Origin: Spironucleus salmonicida
Taxonomy: Eukaryota
Assembly: GCF_000497125.1 (NCBI RefSeq)
Contig: NC_090598.1
Coordinates: forward strand, 124,001 to 188,000
Length of the DNA: 64,000 nt
Direction: 5' to 3'
Positions 53,818 to 64,000 of this stretch are shown here, in pieces. The notes below the pieces were generated by a model that saw nothing but the letters and a program-made list of their open reading frames with translations, ran no database searches and was not told where the DNA came from. A program made the translations under genes and the position numbers. Numbering within the stretch: position 1 is the first letter of the stretch; the number at the start of each line of letters is the position of its first letter.

Positions 53818-53931
53818 TTTAAGAAATTGAGGGTTTTTATATTCAATATAAATATTCTTCTGATATTCCATATATAAATAATATTATATTAGTGATTATA
53901 TAGATTTCTCTTTCCACGTGCCACTTTAATA

Positions 53932-56316
53932 ATGCCAAAAACCTATCTCAGATATGAGCCAGATGATGTATACGGATTTATATCTTCTTCCCCTGGTACT
54001 CATTTTGATGCTACAGGTAAGTACTCTGTTACTGCAATAAATTCTGAACTTAAGGTTGCGGAGATTCTATCATAGAAAGTAATTTTTACATAAAATATGA
54101 AGTCTGATTATCAGGTTACAGCTTCAACAATTTTAACAAAGTAAAATTATATTGCTATTGGGTTTTCAAATGGTAATTTGTAGGTATTTTCATTAAATTC
54201 AAAAGAAATGATAGCAAATTTTGATTTAAATAGTTAAGTATTATCCATTAGAGATATATAGGATTCCATACTGGGAACAACTTCTGATGGTTCAGTTTAT
54301 ATTTTAGATTTAATTTCTTAAGAAATATCTCTTAATTTGAATAAATTTCATAGTGGCTGGTGCAATACTGCTGTAACATATAAAAATTATATATTGTCTG
54401 GAGGAAGAGATAGAGTTGTCAATGTAAGCTTAGCTGGCAAAAAAGTACAAGTTTTGGCGAATTTTACTAGTTAAATCAGAGACCTTATCGTTATTAATGA
54501 TATTATTTTAATATGTTGTGATGAGTATAAAATATACTTATACAGTGACAATTTAAAGTACATTTAAAAATCTGATGCCGAAGGCGACGCTGATACTGAT
54601 TAATAAGATAAAAGTAGCTAGATTTAATAACTTATAACTTCTACTAATTTATTTTAGGAAGTTGGTATTATAGTAAGAAAAGTATAAGAACCTATTAAAA
54701 AAATTATTAAAGGTTAAAATTTAGTATATCTTCTTTCTGATTCTAGTTTTTAGGTTTTAGAACTACTTTAAAATAAAACTGAACCATTAAAGATGTTTAA
54801 GGAAGGATAAATATACAGATCAAAAGAGAAGTTGGTTAGTTTGTCTGTTTCATTAACTTAAGATATATTCTTAACTACAAATAAAAATAGACTAATTTAT
54901 TTTAATAATTAATTAGAAGAAAAAGCAAATTTTACACACGAGGGACATAGAGTTTCACCTACTTGTTCTGCACTTAATGCTGATGATACTCTATTTATGA
55001 CGGCATCTACTGAAGTTAAAATCTGGAATGTTAGAAAATCTATTTGTATTTTAACAATTGAATTACCAGAGGGTGTTAGACCTACTAAATGTATGTTTTT
55101 ACCAGGTAATGCTTATTCTTTATTATCTACTTCAACTGGAGTAATAATCTTGATAAATTTGCTGTCTGGAGATCTAGAATCTACAACATAGATTTCAGAT
55201 AAGTCTATCACACATTTATAACTGTTTAGAAACACGCTGTTTACAGCTTCAGAAGACTGCCATATTAAATTTTTTTCGTTTTCGTAAAATTTTTCACTTA
55301 TTTAAGAAAGAGAATTCGAATTTCCTTTACCTATTAAATGCGCACTTGTAACAGAGTTATATTTATTTGCAGCACTTACAGATGGTACAATAAGAGTGCA
55401 CTTTTCTGACTCTTTAAAGTTCCGCTTCCAACTTTATGGGCATGCTCTCCCAGTTACACAGATGCGTATTTCATCAACGAACGAACGTCTTTTTACTATT
55501 TCACCTGACAAAACTATTAGAACATGGGGTCTAAATTTTGGTGAGTGTCTTAAAATGATTAAACTGGATGCTGGGGGTCGTGTCATAGATTTTTTAAACA
55601 ACACCCATATCGCGTTAATCGGCTGTGAGGACGGTAAAATCCGCATGTTCGACCTTGATAGCTATATTTATGTCCTCGAACTAGGAGATGGACGCCATGG
55701 TGAGGACTATAGCCGAGGTCATTTTGGTTCAATAACAACACTTCTAATGAGCAAAGAAGGACGATTCGCAATTTCAACCGGTACTGATAATAGAATTCAT
55801 CTTTGGATTCAAACGAATGATTTGGTAAGTGCTGAAGACGAATATAACAAGCGGGTCATGAAATAGACTGTTAGTGAAGAGTAAGGTAGAAAAGAGTGGG
55901 AAGGTCAAGTATCTGTAAATATTGACGATATGGATAAATTGGAAGAAGCAATTTAAGTATGTTCTGACCCTTCGGCTTATAAAATAGAGCTATGTGGGGC
56001 TCCATGGGAAACTTATTTAATGAATACTCTCTAAAAGCGTTTAAGGCGGGAAATTTTACCAGATTTGCTTCGTAATTTAGATTTTGAGAGGTCTATTTCA
56101 CTTGTACAATTGCTACTCTAAATTATAGATTCATATAATTCAGATTTTGCAGTTTTTGCTATTTTAAGACTATTTAGGAACAATCTCTAACCCGTTTCTG
56201 GTGATAAACGAGTTATCTTATTAGGATCTTAGGTCAGATAGAAGTGTTTGGAAGCTTGCGATTAGTATATTGAGAAAATTGATGAGGTTTGCGGTACAAT
56301 GATGGTAGAAAAGTGA
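53932..56316 (+). CDS. UTP12: SSU processome subunit Utp12/Dip2 (WDR3)
   Basis: Starts MPKTYLRYEP..VYGFISS; EGHR; HFSDSLKFRFQLYGHALPV...DKTIRTWGLNFGEC. Ends AAG TGA. Confidence 0.88.
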
Positions 56317-56348
56317 TATTATATATTATATTGTATATTCATGGGAAA

Positions 56349-56894
56349 ATGAGATTAGAAGAATTATTAGAGTTTGTATCTCCTTTGGATTTCAATAAGT
56401 CACAAGTATAATAAATTATAGATTATTGTTTGATTAATACTGGCACCCTTTAATGTTAAATGTTAAAAAGTTTGCAGACAAACGACTCAGATGATGCTAG
56501 AATTTTTTTAAACACATATTTCACAGGTAAGGTCATCGAATATAATGTTCTAAAAGACTTGGTTCTTTAAGGATTTACTTTTGATAGTATTCCATTGGAA
56601 TAAAGTAGTAATTTACTAACATCCATAGAGAAATAATAATTAGGAAAGCTTCTTCTAGAAAAGAAAAATGACTACGCAGGGTTTTACTTACTGACTATCG
56701 ATACATAAAGCGAAGCAGAAGATGCATTTGCAATCATTGAGAGTATATATCAAAATAAAGAAAAATTATAACATATTTTAAAGTTAACTGAATTAATACT
56801 GAAGTTTAATAAATGTTATAATTATTCTTTAGAGTCGGATTTGTTCAATAGATGCATCGAAGAATTGATTATTTACTAAATTTAAAACTAGTGA
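56349..56894 (+). CDS. Hypothetical protein (181 aa)
   Basis: Open frame MRLEELLEF... ending TAG TGA. Confidence 0.6.
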
Positions 56895-57392
56895 CCTAAT
56901 ATTAGTTTCCCTTTAAATTAAAAAAAGTATAAAATAATATATTAATAAAAATATTTATTATAACTCATAATTTGTAATACAACTCACAGACCTAATTTAT
57001 ATAATAAAATAATAATTCAATTTGAATAATTTATTATTACAGTTATTCAATTATCAAATTGATAAAAATATAGAGTCACGTAATAAAATAGTGGGGATAT
57101 TCAATCTCTACGTTAAATATAATATTTTTGTCAATTATTGCATATTAAGAAATAGTAACCAAAGTTAATTATTTTTATTCTTGACTGATTTTTGAATTGA
57201 ATATGAATACTTCAATTGTATGTACAAAGTTTCTAATAATAGAATAAAACATTAACATTTTTAAATATAGTTATACGATACCTGTGTTCAGTATTAAAAA
57301 CTATCGTCTTGAATACCTATATAAGCTTAAACTATAACAAATTAATTATATAAACCAGTTACCACAAAATTAGAATACTTGTTGTAAAATAC

Positions 57393-58682
57393 TCATTAAA
57401 CAATATATAATTACCAGTGATAGGATAACAAGTATCCTAAATCTTAAAATTACTCGCAATTTCTTCCAAAAATATCATAATAAGTTTTATCTTAGAGCAG
57501 ACTTTCATACATATTTAACTTTTACCTTAGATTGCATCCAAGTTATCCACAAAATCCGAATTCATTAGATTGATCAGCGTTTAGTAACGTTATACAAGCT
57601 ACCTCAGAACAACTAACAGTACTAAGTATACGCGTGGATAGTTAGGTATAATTATTCTTGTATAATATCAAGTCCTACATAATGTATTTAAAAATAGTCT
57701 CATTAAATTTTACAATTTTTAATATGGCTTATAAGTCATTTAGTAACTCTGTTTTTTCAAAAGGATATAAAAGCTTAAATACATAATCATATTATAAGGA
57801 TTGGGTAATTGCTTAAGATTATTTACATTTATTAACTTATTTTAGCAATAAATTGATTGTATTGATGCTTCCTGTTTTCGTAGCATAAAAAAGAGCTGAA
57901 TTTCCATATTAATCCAGTAGATCTAACTATAAAGAATCATTTTCAATAATTGCTTTACATCCCTCGTACCAACCTAATTTTGCTGTCTCAATTAAATTAA
58001 AGCACTTAAAAAACTACAATGCTTAAATATTTTTATACAAAAAGGATGTTTATAATAGATCAAACAAATCAGCTTATTCCTTAAAAACTGAATAAAACTA
58101 ATGCCTATGGTTTCTTATAGCAAATTATAAAGCACTTTCATTTTTTATAAATTAAATTTTGGGAAGAAGCAAAATAACAGCCTCATATTTATTATCTATA
58201 ATAGATAATTCCAGAGCCTCTTCTAAATAATCTTAAAGGTTTGTATATTCTAAAATCAAACAAAAAATTGATTTTTTAAAGATTTCAACTGCCAGCGTTA
58301 AAGGAGTTTAATGATTATATGTTAATACGGCAAATGATGAGTCCGATTTAATAAAAGATTCCACAACTTAATAATTTTATTAATAAATAGCGACGAAAAA
58401 TGGTTCTGGGTCGTAGCCTAATTATAAACACTGAATTTAGCTAATTATAGTAGGGATTAACTAGGTTCTATTGAATAAAACAGCAAGCATTAAAGGATTT
58501 GGTTAATCTTATAAAGTCATATACTACTAAGTTAAAAAATGAGTTATAATAGACTCTGCATTGTATCTTATTGCTAATGTTAGAATAGAATGTTTATTGT
58601 AAAATATTAACTACTACTTAGATTCTAAGGCAATAAAATAGTCCAAGATATCATTTTTTAATTATTCTAAAAATATATCCAT
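57393..58682 (-). CDS. Ankyrin-repeat protein (~429 aa)
   Basis: HSILTLAIRYN, NPLMLAVLFN, TPLTLAVE, DQYGNSALFYATKTGSINTINLLL. Confidence 0.75.
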
Positions 58683-58725
58683 TACTAAATGATATTATAA
58701 TATTAAATGGAATATAATATACAAC

Positions 58726-59739
58726 TCACGGTGCTGAACATAACGTTATTTTACTAAGTTACTCTACTTCAATAACATCCTTGTGAATAGGTTGATGTTT
58801 AGAAAAATAAAACTGTATAATCAGTGCAACTAATAATGTAAACCCAATAAGGCTTTAAATAGTATAAAATCCGTTAAAATATTAGCTAAGATATATTATT
58901 ATTGATATATAACTAACTGGATTTATAGTAAATTTTACTTCTGTTAAACAGTAGTAGTTTTCATCTGCTAGTTTCATTTATTTTATTGTTTCTAGTGAAG
59001 TTTTATTAAAATCTAAGGTGTGAATAATTTTAATCGCGTCTGCCAATAATTCAAAGCAAATATATGTTACTTAACTTGTTAGAGAAGGTTCAAATAATAA
59101 ATTCATGAACAATAGTGTGAAAATCATATTAAATATTTCAAAAGAATCTTGGAAAAATAATTTGTACTAACGCCCAGGATTTAAATTTTAGATTAAAACA
59201 GATCTAATTTCAGAAAATTTGGCATTGACTAACATGCTTATTATATCAAAGGAGCCATCTAGTAATATAATTGTCATTGATACAAATTTAAGTAGAATCC
59301 CAGCTGTCATCAAGCAAGAACATAAAATGTAAACTATAGAACTACTAATGCTAAACTAAACATATAACGAGCTTTATTAATTTTATAAATTATATTATAA
59401 AATTAAAATAATAGGATCTATTAAGGCCTGCATACCTTAGATTCTTGTGATATTCTAATTTTTCATTAAATGATAAATAAAGGAAAATGGTACTTTCTGA
59501 AACAGTAATCCTGAAATTATTAAACTAGTTACTTTTATAAAGAAAAAATTTATTTAATGTTGTTTTTCTTATTACAGAATTAATTTTAAGATAACAAATG
59601 GTTATTTAAATAAGGCATAAAATAAAGTATTAAAATAAATAAAAACTTTTCGGAACATTAAATATTCGATCTTTAATAGCTTATTGATTGCTGAAATCTA
59701 GTTTATTTAATATTATTTAACCTTAATTTTCTATGTCAT
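58726..59739 (-). CDS. Hypothetical membrane protein (start uncertain)
   Basis: Open frame with hydrophobic segments such as SIVYILCSCLMTAGILLKFV; several candidate ATGs. Confidence 0.5.
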
Positions 59740-59797
59740 TTTATAAAATAAAATATTAATTATATATGTATTTAATAATATAATTTCCAAAATAATT

Positions 59798-61363
<1,566 letters not shown>

Positions 61364-61477
61364 TTATCAAATTAAAAATGAGTAATCGTACTATATATAT
61401 AATAAACCAAAAACATATTATAATATATAAGGTATAATAATATTCTCTAACACGATTTATTTTCCATTTCAAATCGA

Positions 61478-64000
61478 ATGACCTATAGAGTTATTTTAGG
61501 CTAAGGCACAACTGTTATGGCTTCAGCAGAAATTGATATGTAATTTCATTATATTACATAGACTACATATGAAGTATTCAATATTCCTATGACCTAACGT
61601 TTATCATAAACATAATTAGCATTTATTCCCAGCTATGAGCCTCCTAAGAAGCCTTTAAACCCTAAAGTTCGCTCTATTAATAATACTTTACATTTAGGTG
61701 CAATTACTACGGCTAAATTTATTAATTAAGTTTTGTATATAGCAACTTCAAAGGGTAATATTATGGAAGTGGATCCGCGTACATAGTTTATTTTAGATGT
61801 CACCAAAATGACTGACGAATCGATTCGTGATTTTCTTATATCTGATCATGGAAATCTTACTGTTTGTACGGCAAATTCTGTTTTAGTATTAACTGATTAA
61901 AAAGATATTATAGATGTGCCAATAACTGAGCCACTAAGACTGTATCCATCTAGTAAAGTGCCAATTTAAGACAATTAAGACCAGTTACCATTCTCATAGA
62001 TATGTTTAGTTTAAACAGCTACTCACATTGGTTAGTTAGATGTTGTGGAAGGTTAGTTGACACTTAAGGGTTTGTTTGAGAATACTTTTTATGACGCTGT
62101 TGATTTACCTCAACTTGGATTTATTATTGCTATAAATGCTCATAAGAGACTTTCTGCATATGGCTACAATGGTAAATGTTATGGCAAATGTGACTTAGCA
62201 TTTAAACCTAGAAAGATGATTTTCCTTTAAAGTGGAGCTATATTAATATATACATATTGCGATAGGTTGGTTTAAGTTTTCATGAGAGTCTAAGAAAACG
62301 GTAAAAAATGTGTGTTTGTACCAAATAGTCTCAGTACCCCAAGAATTTAAAGTTGCATTAGCACCAGTTGTCCTTAGGAGGTTCATGAATATTTAGAATA
62401 AGTATTTGAATAACAAAGACCTGATGCGAATCTATTCCTGGGTAACTCTTTTATTTGTGTTGCTAGGGCCCACTCAGCTGCAGTCGTCGATTTTGCAGCA
62501 TATTTTGTTTAGGTTAGTGAAAATGAAGGACTTAAAGATTTAGTGCCGAAGCAAAACCAATAGGAAAATGCATATTAATATTATATGTAATAATATAAAA
62601 ATGCTGATATATCTATTTAACATGAAGCACTACAGCTTGCTGTTAAAATAACAAAAGACAAATATTAGCCGCATACAGAATTAATAAATTAGTGCAAAAA
62701 TAAATTGAATCAAACACTCAAACTTTATGAAGAAGTATATCCAGATATTATTCCAGATTCTGCGCTGTAATCAGACAAATTTTAATAAATAATTGATGAA
62801 ACTTTGGCATATATGTAAGATATGGAAAATGATTCTTGTAACTATGTTATTAAAGAATTCCCCAAAGAAATCAAAAAACCAGAAGACGTGAACATTAGGG
62901 CATTTAATTTATCAGTTGATGTATTATCAAAATATGTTGAAAAATATGATGAAAATGATTATATGGATGCTAGAAAATAATAACTTGAAGTAATTTATGC
63001 TTAATTATAAGATAAATCTTCCAAATTTATTGAACAGTCAACTAAATATATCTAATACTAAGTTCCAATTGAAGCTGTATAAGAAGAAGTTGTAGTTGAG
63101 GAAGAGACATAAAATTAATCTACTAAAAAGAAGTTAGCTGCTAGACCAGTTAAACCAATAGTCGATGAAGAACCTAAATTATTAACTTATATTACTGAAA
63201 AAGTAGATGAAAAAACACAAGAGTTTGTTAACAGCTATGCAGATGCATGCTGGGATATTATTTAATAAACTAGAGCAGCTAACCTGAAAGCGAGATTATA
63301 TACTATTAACGAAGGTCTCAAATAATTTTTCCCTAAATTAGACTAATTTGATTTTCATTTCAACAAGACAGTTGAATCCATATTTAGAATGGACGCAACT
63401 GTAATACTTTAAAAGCAACTTACTTAGGAAATTTAGTAAAATCAAAGATAGAAAACTTAGAATGAAATAGATAAGCTAAGAAAATAAAGTGATGAAGAGT
63501 AAAACCAAAATATACAGTTTAAATCAGAAACCTCTGAACTTATAGACCCTAGTGTGGCTGACTCTATGATATCTGAGAATAAATCATTAGTTCCCAAATT
63601 TTCTAAAGTAGACCCATTAAAGATTCCTAAAATGGCATTAAAGCAATAAGAAAAAGAGCTTGATATTGAAGAGGATGTGAAAGATAATGAAGATTCCTTT
63701 GAAAAAGCGATTCTCGACGTAGAAACAGAAAACAAAGATATTGTCCATAAAAAGAGAATTTCTCGGAAAGTTCGCCAGTAAATCAAGGAGAATGAAGGCA
63801 AATTCATTGATATGTTTAATATTAATTCCGACACAGACCCAGTAATTTCAGAGCAGTAATTCATCCACATAGTTCGCTCAGCAATGTTAGCAAGGCAGGC
63901 GGTTTATAGCACTACGGTTCGTCAGAAGCATCTTCAAGTTTTCGATACTGCAATAGATGACGCAAATAGTCTTATTCATCTATATCTTCCAGAATGTGCA
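61478..64000 (+). CDS. Large hypothetical protein, runs off the window
   Basis: ATG 61478; same frame still open at the window end; beta-rich N-part, charged C-part. Confidence 0.65.

Overview
AT-rich, extremely gene-dense, apparently intron-free eukaryotic DNA. Genes read open only if TAA/TAG encode Gln and TGA is the sole stop (translation table 6), and many stops sit inside an AGTGA motif. This points to a hexamitid diplomonad, probably Spironucleus (inference). The standard-code ORF track is therefore fragmentary. Recognisable genes include CFAP44, a formin, kish, RPB12, centrin, Mtq2/N6AMT1, WDR17, an intact 13.7-kb outer-arm dynein gamma heavy chain, FCP1, a Maelstrom-like DEDDh nuclease, RPS11, a bromodomain protein, UTP12/WDR3 and SNF1/AMPK. 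The most striking structure is a 1,562-bp GC-rich, near-perfect inverted repeat (15842-17403 / 22565-24126) around a 5.2-kb spacer. It duplicates a nicotinamidase, a membrane protein and a small ORF, and it cuts through Mtq2, whose GC content jumps at the repeat edge. All coordinates and translations were done by hand.
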